A DNA stretch of 62,740 nt, the filler included, from Bonamia ostreae (lineage: Eukaryota), in NCBI GenBank assembly GCA_040357525.1. It is 47 parts of 47 records of this genome, joined end to end, with 100 filler letters (N's around TTAATTAATTAA, not from the genome) between each part and the next. Parts side by side here need not be neighbours in the genome. Positions count along the whole stretch, not along the records: positions 10,761 to 12,003 come from JBDODL010002257.1; positions 12,104 to 13,346 come from JBDODL010002258.1; positions 13,447 to 14,689 come from JBDODL010002259.1; positions 14,790 to 16,032 come from JBDODL010002260.1; positions 16,133 to 17,375 come from JBDODL010002261.1; positions 17,476 to 18,717 come from JBDODL010002262.1; positions 18,818 to 20,059 come from JBDODL010002263.1; positions 20,160 to 21,400 come from JBDODL010002264.1; 39 more parts are not named here. The stretch is one strand, 5' to 3'. Shown piece by piece: positions 11,081 to 23,540 of this stretch. How positions within the stretch are numbered: position 1 is the stretch's first letter; each line of letters starts with the position of its first letter. Below the pieces are notes generated by a model. That model did no database searches. It saw only the letters and a list, made by a program, of their open reading frames with translations, and was not told where the DNA came from. The position numbers were made by a program, and so were the translations under genes.

Positions 11081-11844
11081 CGAATCCAAATACATCTGTT
11101 TCAACTGGCAAAACCCATAGACATTCAAAAGCGTTATCATATATGAATTTAAAAACGTCAACAAGAATGACAACCGAAGAGGACATACGTGATAATGAAA
11201 TAACCACTACAAGTTCCACAAAAGCAACAGCAACAGCTGTAACAAAGTCGAATAAATTTCTATCAGGTTCTTCAATGTATATCATTACAGGTCTCATAGG
11301 ACTGTTTGTTTTGTTTTTCGGCATATACGTCAGTGTGTCTGTTTACAAAAAAACAATCCACGTCAGAGCATCAAGGAAACACATTGTTGAACAAATTCAA
11401 AAGGTTGATCCTAATTATACCGCACTGCATACACGATCGGAAATTCAGCCTCATGTGACACACTCGGGTCAACACGGAAATCCTGCGAGTAATTTTTCTC
11501 CAGTGTTTGATGATGATATTTATTATGAGGAAGTAGATGTGTACAACTCTGCAGATGAATCTAATATGCTGGAAAACTATCAGGTTCCAAGTGAAACAAA
11601 TAATCAATTCAATCCGCACACCTACTTGTCGCGTCCAACTGATTCGTATCAAACACCTGTAGCTGACGAATACCTGACACCTGTAGCTGACACATACTTG
11701 ACACCTGTAGAGGACGCATACCTGACACCTGTAGAGGACGCATACTTGACACCTGTAGAGGACGCATACTTGACACCTGTAGAGGACGCATATTCGACAC
11801 CTGTAGCTAATGCACGTCATGAATACATTGATGTGATAGAATGA
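11081..11844 (+). CDS. Terminal exon of a single-pass receptor-like protein with a Tyr-motif-rich cytoplasmic tail (animal)
   Basis: Acceptor ttttacag at 11080, Thr-rich stalk, TM segment MYIITGLIGLFVLFFGIYVSV, then YEEV, YQVP, 7x YxTPV and YIDV. Confidence 0.7.
11641..11812 (+). repeat. 24-nt coding tandem repeat (about 7 copies; EDAYLTPV)
   Basis: The unit ACACCTGTAGAGGACGCATACTTG repeats with minor variants. Confidence 0.92.
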
Positions 11845-13490
11845 AGTGCATAAAATCAAAAACAAATATTTCCGCTATTAAAAGGGAAAACCGTATGCAA
11901 ACTGGGAAAGACGCGTGTAAATAGCAGAGGAACAGAAAATTAGCACTATTCTATTCATTTATCAATATTATTATAGAGCAGCCTTGCAAAACTTCAAAAT
12001 GATNNNNNNNNNNNNNNNNNNNNNNNNNNNNNNNNNNNNNNNNNNNNTTAATTAATTAANNNNNNNNNNNNNNNNNNNNNNNNNNNNNNNNNNNNNNNNN
12101 NNNATATAAACATTATTATACAGGTGATAAAGGAATATTGATACACAATTCATTTTAAATTATGTTGAGATCCTTAGGACATCAATATGGGGTTTTCATT
12201 TTTCATGAGAATAAATATTGATTAAAATTGTTTGGTTAAAAATCACAGAAGCCCAACAATGGCAGACTCATTTGAACGATGTGACCAATGGATCTCTAGT
12301 TTTAAAATAAAAACTGTTAGTATAGGCGTCATAAGATGATATTAGTTTTTATTTTTTACTCGAGCTCTGAACATTTCATGATGTAAACATACGTTTGGTA
12401 TGAATTGAAAATAGATCTACTCTCATCCATGTTGAATCCCCACGGGTTTATTTTGGTTGTTGACTTATTTTCCTTATCTTTTATTTATTGGTTAAACAAG
12501 ACTATTTGGGATTTGGAAATTTATGTATTTCATTTATTTATTCTCCAATCAAGGGTCTTCAGGGAGGGTGTAAAATCTTAACAATTAATCATTATAAATA
12601 CATGTGAAATTTTAACAATTTACATGTATCATTATAACTGCATGGTGCAAATTTAATCATTATAAATACATGATACCACAGAGATGTTACGTGAACCCAT
12701 GTGAACAAAAAGCACGTGGGCCTACCGTACATGTATATTGCATCGTTTGACGGTCCTTTTAATATCCACATCTCTTATTTCCTAATGTGTGCGCACGCGC
12801 TGATTTCAATAGTTTTCTCGTTTCCGAATTGTTTTGTTAATTTCGCCAATGTATTAATCAATTAACGGTAATAGATAAAAATGGGTTCAAACTTGAAAAC
12901 TACAGTAAGATAAAATGTTTAATATATCAAAAGTGAAAGACAGTTCTCTCCCGATTCGCCGGCATTAAAGGACACAGCATCGAGTCCACAATGTTTACAT
13001 GTACATAGTAGTATTGATAGTATAGATGAAGCTAACAAACAGTGACCAACCTCATAATTCCCACAAATATACAAAATTAAAGTATTAACTGACTTACCAT
13101 TTATTGCACTCTTTCACCCCTTCTTCAGTTAAGTGTATATGCCCTTTAGTGCATCTACAATATATTTTAACACGATAAATAGCAGTTTTATTTGTAATTT
13201 TTCATCATTCCGTATAGTTTGTTTAAGCTTAACTATCATCGCTAGTTATAATTCCCTACTGGTTTGCAAAACAGTAAAAACACCAAACACCGACAATTAT
13301 ATTTATCAATAGAGTACTGTAAACTCTTTATCAACTCTTGGGGGTCNNNNNNNNNNNNNNNNNNNNNNNNNNNNNNNNNNNNNNNNNNNNTTAATTAATT
13401 AANNNNNNNNNNNNNNNNNNNNNNNNNNNNNNNNNNNNNNNNNNNNAAAAATTGTAATTTAAAATTCTGATTTCCAATTAGAGTAAATAC

Positions 13491-14082
13491 CGTAATGAAT
13501 TCCAGATTTGAGGAGCGAAACATAAGTCGCTTTTTGATAAGTTTCGGGATTCTCTTTAAACGACAAAATGTTTTTGTCCAGAAAATCTTTTTTGAAATGT
13601 CTTGTCTTAAATTCTTTTGGTTTCGGTTTATGAGAAAGTACTTTTTCCGCATCTTCTTTGTTGTATTTTCTCTCGTGATTTGCTTGAAACTTCACATCTT
13701 CTAATCTACTGTTTTCAGCAAATTCTTCGAGATGGTCTGTTAACATTTTGTAGCTTGGAATTCTGGCTTTTTTAATCAAATCGAGTCTTTTTTCGAAAGG
13801 CTTTTTAGCGATTCGCCAATTTTGATATTGTGTTTCAATGCTTTCTGTCCGGTCGTTATTTGGACCTGGAATGTCTTGAATAAATTTTTCGTCTTCGTTG
13901 ATAAGTTTGTCGTGGTCATAATGCAAAGAATATTCTTCGTCGTTAATTTGTTTGTTCTCTTTCGGTATTTTGTCGTCAATTTGATTTTCAGATTTTTGAG
14001 AAAAATATTTTTGACAAAAATGTTTCGAGTTGATTCTATTGCTCTGACATAAAATTTTGTGTCTTTTCAGAAATAGAGACAT
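13491..14082 (-). CDS. Mitochondria-targeted protein, probably ribosomal protein uS2m (first exon, 3'-truncated)
   Basis: Basic presequence-like N-terminus. The exon ends ATYVSLLKSGIHYG at a GT donor, resembling the uS2 N-terminal LLEAGVHFGH motif. Confidence 0.5.
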
Positions 14083-14183
14083 TTTTAAGCTTCGTTACTT
14101 ATCAATATATGAGAACTTGTCATATAATTGGTATTATTGAAAGCTTAAAAAGCTAAATGTTTTATAATGAAAATGTTTGAAAT

Positions 14184-14594
14184 TTAATTTGATTTTGTCA
14201 TGTTTGGATATTTTCCTGATCTAATTTGTTTTCTTCTTTTGGCGGCCTTTTTTAAGGCTCTTCGTTTTTTGGCAATCGCTATTTTGCTTTTTTCTTTGTT
14301 GACGAAAAAGTCCACCAAATCTGCGAGCTTATTTCTCGCTATTTCGCGATTCTTCTGTAACAATCGAGTTTTCTGGCACTAAATTTTATAATAATTTACT
14401 CTCACTGTGATTCCAGTCGGATTGTGCTTTAATATTACACAATTCGACTGTGAATCGACTTTTCTTCCGCCATTTCCGCTTCCTCTTTGGAATATTTCGG
14501 ATACTTCTTCTTCGTATATTTTAAAGCTTTGTCCAAAGCTTCGTTTTAAATTTAAGTGAATGGTTTTATTTTTTATCATTCTTATTGAGATCAT
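14184..14594 (-). CDS. Mitochondrial class-I release factor homologue (C12orf65/MTRFR-like); exons 14594-14400 and 14378-14184, 21-nt intron
   Basis: EEEVSEIFQRGSGNGGRKVDSQSNCVILKHNPTGITVR|CQKTRLLQKNREIARNKL plus a basic tail. The intron is GTAAATTATTATAAAATTTAG. Confidence 0.85.
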
Positions 14595-14953
14595 TTAAGT
14601 TTTTCGATATATTTTCGTTCAATTTTTAAAATTCAAATTTTTCGTTTGGTTTAAATTTTCTGTTTTGGAAGTGAGGCAAAGGCAAAACANNNNNNNNNNN
14701 NNNNNNNNNNNNNNNNNNNNNNNNNNNNNNNNNTTAATTAATTAANNNNNNNNNNNNNNNNNNNNNNNNNNNNNNNNNNNNNNNNNNNNAAATTCTTGCT
14801 CACACAATTTTCGCCATTTTTTGTAAATTGACTTTTTCGTTGGAAATTTTTGCAGATACAATTTTCGCCATTTTTTGTAAATTGACTTTTTAGTTGCAAT
14901 TTTTACTCGACAAATTTTGCAATTTAAAATTAGAACAAAATTTGCTAAACGAT

Positions 14954-16032
14954 TTATTGTAATTGAACTACTTTTCTTTCTTCACTAAACTTTTTATTTT
15001 TAGCATTGCTTTCCTCTCTCTTTCTTTTGTTAGAAATTCCATTTAAGTCATTTTCCAATTCTTCCAACAATTCGTCGTCGTTTTCATAATTTGGCAATTT
15101 TGTAATGTCTTATTAATTAAAAAATAGTACTCTAAAAAATATAAATTGGTCTTAACAAAAATGATTTCAACCTTCCGACAAAACTTCACTGACATTTTTA
15201 GATTCTTCCAAAATATTATTTAAATTAAATAAATTTTCATCGATTTTTTTGAGATCGATATTTGAATTTAAATTTGATAAAATTTCCGTTCCCACTTTTA
15301 AGCCATCAAAAGTCTAAAATTAATTTAAATTTGACAATTAACGACAAAAATGTTTTTAAAATCGCCTATTTTTAAATTTTAATAAATTTTTGTAAATTTG
15401 GTCAATTTTAATATCGAAAACCAGCACATTGACATATAAAGAATTGATTTCTAACAAAATCATATCAAGATTATTCAAATTCTTTATCCGATTATCTAAT
15501 AAAAATTCTAAATTTTTCTTAATTTTTAGCATCGCTATTGCTATGTTCCTTTTCCCTTCTTTAGCTAATTTTTTGATTATTTCTGATTTTCTTTTTTAAT
15601 ACAAAAATTTTTCGCTAAAATCTGTTTAGATTTAATCGCAAAATTTTTTTAATCGCTAATTTTGATTTAATCGCAAAATTTTTTTTAATCGCAAAATTAT
15701 AACTTTTCAATTTCAGTTAAAAGATGTTTAAGTTGCATTTTTAAAGTTTTTTTGGCAAATTTTAGTTTAGCTATTCTTTCGTCCAATTTTGAAAAACTTT
15801 CGTTTGAGTCGCCGGTCAAAACTTTAAAAAACTATTTCAATTTTAGCAAATTTTGGATAAAAATAATTTTGCTTTAAATTTGCCAAAACATTAAATTTTT
15901 GATTATTTGTTTTATCGATTAAAGCAATTTTTTTGTGTTTGTTGAGATAAAGAAGAATGAGTTTCAGATCGTCGGGATGAATTTCCTTTTGATTTATTTG
16001 AGCTTTTTCGTTGATATTTATAACAATTCCGT
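14954..16032 (-). CDS. ESCRT-III Snf7-family protein, CHMP7-like (multi-exon, 5'-truncated)
   Basis: Exons read DLKLILLYLNK..., DERIAKLKFAKKTLKMQL, KKLAKEGKRNIAIAMLKIKKNLE...NLDMILLEI, FDGLKVGTEIL and NDDELLEELE. This is a Snf7 core preceded by extra N-terminal sequence. Confidence 0.65.
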
Positions 16033-17549
16033 NNNNNNNNNNNNNNNNNNNNNNNNNNNNNNNNNNNNNNNNNNNNTTAATTAATTAANNNNNNNNNNNN
16101 NNNNNNNNNNNNNNNNNNNNNNNNNNNNNNNNAGGTATGGTGATGATATCTGATGCCATTGTAGTGATATCGGACTGTGATGAGATAATTTTAGGCCAGT
16201 GATGAAATTTGATGAAATTGTAATGAAATTTTAGAACTTTGATGAAATTAGATTGTGGTAAAACGTAATTGCTTTCTGTAGAACATCTCTGCTCTTACAC
16301 GTTTTAATTCCTTTTTGAAATGATGATTCCTCCGGGGTTTTTGGTTATCTTGCTGAGGTTCGACAAACATTCCATTGTCCCAGCTATTATTTGAATCATA
16401 ACCGCCTTGATGAAGTGAAACAAATGCACAGATAAAATAATATTTGTTCTTTCTTTACAAAATCGTATATACTTGCTGAATATTGTCATTTAATTCGGAT
16501 ATTTTCAGTTTCATATACATTTGTTTTTACAATTGCATGTATTGTTGGAAAATGTATTTCTACAAATATGCATTCCTATTTCTACTGAATCTCTCGTCGG
16601 AAAACATATCGCTTTATAGTAATACATTTTTGGAAAACACATTTCTACAAATATGTCTACATATTTACACTAGATCTACAGAATACAGCTTTGTAGGACA
16701 TCACACCGTTTGTCAATGGATCCTAGAAACGTCTTTCGTGTTTTCCAATTATCCATTTCTTTTGTCCTTCTCGTTCACGAGATTAAAAGTTTTTGAGTCT
16801 TTTGGAATCATATTTTCGAACACAAAGAATTCAGATAGCATATACATGTAATTCTATAATCCTTGTGATTTTTTGCGTGGATATCACTCCCTCAAATCGT
16901 TTATTTTGTGATTCATTGTAGCGGAGATATATTGAGGATATAATGTAAGAAAAAGTTGAAACTAACGAAAAGTGATCAATCTCATAATCAAATAAATAAT
17001 ACATGATTAGAAAAGGATAAACATGGATTCCTGGAAACAACAATGGTGACATAAAGTGGCTAGTATGCAAGCATCCCTTCTTTGCATATTGCATTTGTTA
17101 TAAGACATTCATCTTGATCAGATAAACCTAGTATTCCGTAGTCAACATCAGTATGTAAAATAACCCAACAATTGGTATGAAACACGTTTTGTGATGCTAC
17201 ATTTGGAGAAATGCATCGAAAACCCCTCTAAACAATCAAGTAAATATGCTAGTCATTACTTCCTATTGCATATTACTATTTTGAGTCTACAACGCACCTA
17301 ATGATATACAAGATAAAATATATACAATCGCAAAGTATTTAAGGCGAATACAGTTTATAATTATTGACAGATGCANNNNNNNNNNNNNNNNNNNNNNNNN
17401 NNNNNNNNNNNNNNNNNNNTTAATTAATTAANNNNNNNNNNNNNNNNNNNNNNNNNNNNNNNNNNNNNNNNNNNNAAAAACAAAATTTAAAAACAAAAAT
17501 TGTTAAAAACAAAAATTGTCAAAAACAAAAATTGTCAAAAACAAAAATA

Positions 17550-17997
17550 CAAAAAGGAAAAACGAAAAGATGAACGTTCGCCCAGAAGATCATCTCGTTA
17601 CTCGAGATCCCGCTCTTTATCACGATCGCGCTACTCCAAATCGAGTTCTTCCAAATCTCGCAATCGCCGCAGAAACAGATCACCTCGCCGCAGAAGAGAT
17701 GACCGCTACGAAGATGAGAATTACGACATTTACAAACCTCGTACACGGCCTCCTCCGACGCGAGCGTCGAGAGCTTTCACACAAGCGCAGGAAGGATTGG
17801 TGTGGGATGGATTCCAATGGACGCAGCCATCGGGATTGTCGGTGAAGCAGAAGTCTGAAAACTTAGCGACGAAGATAATGGACGTGATGGGCACCGACGA
17901 CCAGAAGAGGAACCCGAATGCGCAGCAGGCGATGGTGCAACAAGCGCATCAACAAGCGGCGTTGTTGAGAGAACATCTTAACAAATTAAAAAGATAA
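17550..17997 (+). CDS. RS-domain (SR-like) protein fragment with a WDGFQW motif
   Basis: RSRSRSLSRSR...RNRSPRRRR followed by LVWDGFQW and a Gln-rich C-terminus. Confidence 0.6.
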
Positions 17998-18004
17998 AAT
18001 TGGT

Positions 18005-18420
18005 TTTTTCTGAATATTTTTGGTGTTTTTAACGATTTTTTTGCCAATTTTTGTTGTTTTTAACGATTTTTGGGACTTTTTTTGTTGTTTAAGTTTTTGT
18101 GATTTTTTAGCCATTTTTGTCAATTTTTTTGTCAATTTTTGTTGATTTTAACGATTTTTGGGACTCTTTTTTGTTGTTTAAGTTTTTGTGATTTTTTCAG
18201 CCATTTTTGTCGTTTTTTTTGTAATTTTTGCGTCTTTTTAGTCATTATTTGCCAATTTATGTTGTTTTTAACGATTTTTGGGACTTTTTTTGTTGTTTAA
18301 GTTTTTGTGATTTTTTAAACATTTTTGTCGTTTTTTTTTGTAATTTTTGCGTCTTTTTAGCCATTTTTGTCAATTTTTCTTTTATTTTTTCTGTCATTTT
18401 TTTTATCTTTTTAATCGATT
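18005..18420. repeat. AT-rich degenerate tandem repeats between two convergent genes
   Basis: The block ttttaacgatttttgggact...ttgttgtttaagtttttgtgatttttt recurs about three times. Confidence 0.8.
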
Positions 18421-18475
18421 TTTCCTAAAACAAATCTTTAAAATTCAAAAAAACGACAACAATCTCATTTATTTA

Positions 18476-18717
18476 CTATCCTTGCAACAACCTGTCGATT
18501 ACAACCGAAACATTGCCATTCGTCTGTTTCAACAACGCGATATTCCTTTCCTTGTCCGTGAAGCCCATGTTCTTTAACTGATCCAATTCGCTTTCATATC
18601 TCTTCTCCCAATCTATTTCTTCGTTCGTCGGATTGTTAATTGTCGCTCCCGTTGGCGCCGTGTTCATTCTTGGATTTGTTGAAAGATTTGACGAAGCCAT
18701 TTGTTGTGCTGGCGGTC
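18476..18717 (-). CDS. Ubiquilin/Dsk2-like protein, C-terminal UBA domain
   Basis: EKRYESELDQLKNMGFTDKERNIALLKQTNGNVSVVIDRLL is a ubiquilin-type UBA domain. Confidence 0.85.
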
Positions 18718-19287
18718 NNNNNNNNNNNNNNNNNNNNNNNNNNNNNNNNNNNNNNNNNNNNTTAATTAATTAANNNNNNNNNNNNNNNNNNNNNNNNNNN
18801 NNNNNNNNNNNNNNNNNGAATGCGAAAAAATAATTTTCTTTAAAATTAAGTATCCTTATTTCTAAATAAAAAACTACAATTAAAATATCCTTTTTTAAAT
18901 AAATGCTGAAAATACGTCATCGATAATATTAAAATATCCAAAATCAACAAAAAAGAAGGAATCGAATTCTCTTTAAGCCACATAAAGCTAGGCGTTTAAA
19001 CAGTAAAATATTTGTTTTATTTGTTGAGCGATTTAATTATTTTTGGGATAAATAATTTAAATCAGATTTTAAAAGACAGAACAGTAAATATTCTTCTTTT
19101 GAAAGAAAACGTGGAGACACGTTAACGAAAATCAATTAAATCGCATGAAAATTTAAAAGCATGACTTCTATGGCAAAAAACCAGGATATTTGGAGAGTTA
19201 TCAATTTTTTAATTTATGAAAAAATGTTTTTTAAATAAATATTTATTTTTGAAAATTGATAATATTTTAATTCTCTTTAATTTCTCA

Positions 19288-19953
19288 CTAAAAGATTTGT
19301 TGATCATGTTTTTGTAACCGTTCGAAATAATTTTCCAATTTATCAATCAAATTTAACATATTTTTTGACAAAACTTTTCTTTTTTGAAATTTCCTTTTTT
19401 CAAAGTCAAAATTGTCGAAGATAAACACCCACGCGGGAACAGATTCTTCCAAATACTTTAATGATGTTTGGTGTGTTGAATTATTTTTTTGTAAAGACTC
19501 AGCGAATTCTTTTATCATTTGATTATTTGTCAGAACATCATTTTCCTGAATATCGTTTATCAAATTTTTGGCTCTTTCTTTTATTTGAGGATTCAATCTT
19601 GAATAAATATAAAGTATTATCAATACATAAGCGGGTTTCTCAACAATTGAACTCAAGACTCTAAACGATTCGGTATAACTCTGTTCCTGTAAATTTTTTC
19701 TAGTGGTTACAAGCGCATTTATTGCATTGAAAATAACGCCCAAGGAAAGTACAATAAAGACAATCCATGAAAAAATGTAAATTAGATTTAACGTTTCTGT
19801 GTTGATTTCCATTAAAACGGTTTGTTCGTTGGGCTTGTAAACTACCACTAAACAATATCTTTTTATTTGATTTAGTGATCTCCTGCTTAAGTTTTTATGC
19901 AATTTCCTGTATTCAATTTTGATAACTCTTATTTTAATTTGTCTTTTATGCAA
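19288..19953 (-). CDS. Hypothetical membrane protein (two predicted TM segments)
   Basis: 221-codon ORF in AT-rich DNA with hydrophobic stretches. The start is uncertain and no family was recognised. Confidence 0.5.
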   Translation of the reverse strand: MHKRQIKIRVIKIEYRKLHKNLSRRSLNQIKRYCLVVVYKPNEQTVLMEINTETLNLIYIFSWIVFIVLSLGVIFNAINALVTTRKNLQEQSYTESFRVLSSIVEKPAYVLIILYIYSRLNPQIKERAKNLINDIQENDVLTNNQMIKEFAESLQKNNSTHQTSLKYLEESVPAWVFIFDNFDFEKRKFQKRKVLSKNMLNLIDKLENYFERLQKHDQQIF

Positions 19954-22179
19954 AAAATTTTATAAAATGTATATTTTTAGGGGTAAGAAATTATTTATTT
20001 TGGAAAGATTGAAAATCCACACTTTTGAATATTCACCTCGTTCCAAATTAATAATATTTNNNNNNNNNNNNNNNNNNNNNNNNNNNNNNNNNNNNNNNNN
20101 NNNTTAATTAATTAANNNNNNNNNNNNNNNNNNNNNNNNNNNNNNNNNNNNNNNNNNNNCTTTTTGAGAACGTCTCAACCTCTGATAGTCCTAAAAGGGT
20201 GGTTTCAACTTCATCAATCGACTGGTCACACCGATATTATGTATTTTTGATATTGTGTTCATACAATTGCATTTTTGATACATTTTCTATTTCAAGACAA
20301 TTTTTCCGATAAGCAGACATATTACATCAACTGTGGTAACATCCGCTACAAACGTTCATGTTAAGAAACAATTAAAATATTGTCTCTGCTTGATCAAACA
20401 CAAACATACAAAAACAGTCGGCAAAGTATCGTCAGAAATCATGCAGAAAGCATGCAGAAATCGAAATCAACCACGTAATAACAGTCAGGCGCTTCTCTGC
20501 TTAAAGTTGCCAAAACACCTCATTCAAAATATTTTCTTCAACTTAAAATGCTAACAGGTATTCCGGTGTTTGAGAAAATTCATACTGAACTCCAGGAGGA
20601 AATATGCTTTCAGAGTGTAGTCAATATTCACAGATTCAATGAAACTTAGAATTAAAATACGGAAACCATTAATGAATACCTTCTAAACCATCAACATCCC
20701 TCAATTATCATTAAGTTTAAAAGTTGGATTTAGAAATTGTACAATTGCAAGAAACCTATCCGAAAGATATAGAAAAGTTATGTATCGAGAATAACACATT
20801 TAACAATCATTCCCTCAAGACGTTTCTTCAGAAGTAAATGACACTTGCAGACACATTCATTAACCCGAATGACGTCATTGAAAATTGATGAAAACTCAAA
20901 GGAGTCCGGAATGCTGGAAATTTATCGTCAGTATTTGGGATTGTTTCACGATCAAATCAGTTATTGTGTTGGCTGCCTGTAAAACCAATGTAGACCATCT
21001 TTGTTTCACCTAGTTAACGGTAACAAATGCAGAACAGTAAAGACACACGATCACACAAGCTCCTTTCATGTTCCAATATATATCACACACGGTTCCACGA
21101 GAAACAAATGAAAAATGATATGGCATTACCAGTACGTGTCTATCGCTGCTTAACTTAATATGGTGATTTCTCAGTCCACAATTAAATAATGCACCGACTT
21201 CACATATCTCCTCGTTTATCAGTCCATGACTTATTCTGACATGAACTGGGCCATATTTCGTCTTTTTTCCTGGTACGTTCCACAGTACAACCTCAGCTTC
21301 ATCACATTTGTCTTTCTTAGCAACATCCAAGGTCCCAGTATAGTCTTTAATGTCTATATGAATGTAAAACTTAAACATGTTTGCATCAAAAGATGAGGAT
21401 NNNNNNNNNNNNNNNNNNNNNNNNNNNNNNNNNNNNNNNNNNNNTTAATTAATTAANNNNNNNNNNNNNNNNNNNNNNNNNNNNNNNNNNNNNNNNNNNN
21501 GATATCATCGATATAGACATTCTTATAACAATATCGTGTCGATTTCTTTTTGTATGTGTTTGAATTAATAGGCTTAGTACACACGAAATAATGTCGGTCT
21601 ATGATGTCGATATCGTATCGATATCGTCAATATCTTCAAATGTGTTTGTATTAATAGGCTTAGTATACACCACTGTCTACAATTATCTGTTGTATTAGGA
21701 TTTCAATTTCATCAAATACAATTTTGTGTGTGTGAATTTTTCAAAATAATTGAGATGATGAATATGCCTTCAATGTTCAAAAACAAAGTTCCAAAATGTA
21801 GTAATAAAAAATAAGTTAAATATTTCATAGGAGTTACAGCAATCTGATTAAAATCAGTTCATCTGATTGGCTCACGTACATTGGTATCCAAGCTAAAATA
21901 AATTTAAAGTCAATTTTATTTTGTCAATATGAACATATGATGATAGATGTAATAAATTGCGTTTATTAAATATGTGTATAATAATTGCACTTTTCATATA
22001 GTTTGCAAGAATGTCTGCATAGACATAAACATTGTTTACATACACTATTCCTTTCCAATTTGAATACATCTCAGATTAAATCTTGTATTCTTCATCAATA
22101 CTGTTTGACACGTTTTGCATTCTTCACCAACTTATCATCATCAAAGATGTCACACATAGTCAAATGAAACAAGACTAGG

Positions 22180-22330
22180 TTCCGTAGTAAATTTTGAGAC
22201 ATATTTAAAAGTTTGTTCACATGCTTCCCTGTTCAAATTGCTAAATTCGGGAACTTCCTATCCAGAACACGATTTCTACTCTCAACCATCCAATCTCTTC
22301 CATAATGAATGTCATTGCACGCATGCCCTC
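22180..22330 (-). mobile_element. Decayed KDZ/CxC-type transposase-like fragment (host)
   Basis: EVPEFSNLNREACEQTFKYVSKF resembles the NTxxCEQxFxWLxxF motif. It is surrounded by stops. Confidence 0.4.
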
Positions 22331-22839
22331 GAATGAAGAACCATTTCTATACCTAAGCATATTTATTGAACAGATTACAATTTAATGTTAGATTTCTTAC
22401 TTAAGTTATTGCTAGCGTCCAGTTATCAAGAAATCATGAATTAAAAAAATCTCAATATCTTATTTCAAAATTCAATATCAGGGTTCCTTACATGTCACGA
22501 TCAATGGAATAAATTAGCCCGTTTTCAAAAAACTGTATCTCGGGTGTTGAGGGAGTACTTCTGCTTTAAAGAATGTTTGTAATAAACGTTCATATACCCA
22601 CAATTTTTAGAATTTAGATAATAGGCATTCCCTACAGATGCCTACATGCAATACCCCTGGATTCTACCCGCATTCCGTTCGAATACAGTGTATTTGGCAA
22701 ATTCTTTAGACCAATGTTTATATTGGTAAGACAGAACTTNNNNNNNNNNNNNNNNNNNNNNNNNNNNNNNNNNNNNNNNNNNNTTAATTAATTAANNNNN
22801 NNNNNNNNNNNNNNNNNNNNNNNNNNNNNNNNNNNNNNN

Positions 22840-23540
22840 ACGTTCCAGTCGATGCTCAAGATCACCCCGGACAGCAAATCAGACAGATGTTAATTAGAGA
22901 CAGGGTTTAGGTAATTAATGTGAATTCAATATCATGTCTTTTACAATCTTTGATTTACTACAGTGACTAATTATTTTTTACTTTTTTACTGATCCTCACT
23001 TCTTCCTTCCATTTGGATCTTCAATTCCATTTCAAATTTTACTAAATTTGTTATCTTTCGTAAATTCTAATTTAAGATACGACTCTTCTGTTTTAATAAT
23101 TCAAGTGCGTTCTTAACTAGTTGAAAACATTGCTGATTAGGAGGATGTTTGTCTTTATTTTCTCTCAAAAAAAAATTAGTGCAGCCATTTTATTTCGATA
23201 AAAGGAAAAAAATTCAGAAAAAATCTGACTTGTGTTCCTTGTAATATTTGTATTTTTAAAATATCCAAATCCTCACAGCTAAACAGAAACATACATCATG
23301 AATAATGTAGATGTAATCAAAATTGTCATGAACGCCGAGCTGTAAAGTTCATACTCAGAAGACGACTGATTTGTATAGCCATAACACGGACTAGATCGGA
23401 CACGTCGCTCTTCTTCCTGCTCCAATCGACGGCGTTCAATATTAAATCGCTCCTTCTTGATCAGTAGTCGTTCTCGTTCAACAGCGAGAGACTCTCTCTG
23501 CATCTGCACACTTTCCCGTTGTAATATCAAACTGTTAAAA
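22840..23540. mobile_element. Probable PIF/Harbinger element: transposase C-terminus (+, to 22910) converging on a Myb/SANT-associated coiled-coil ORF tail (-)
   Basis: Plus strand ends ...DHPGQQIRQMLIRDRV*, like the Harbinger C-terminal G..R..LI motif. Minus strand reads LAVERERLLIKKERFNIERRRLE, typical of the partner ORF. Confidence 0.45.
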
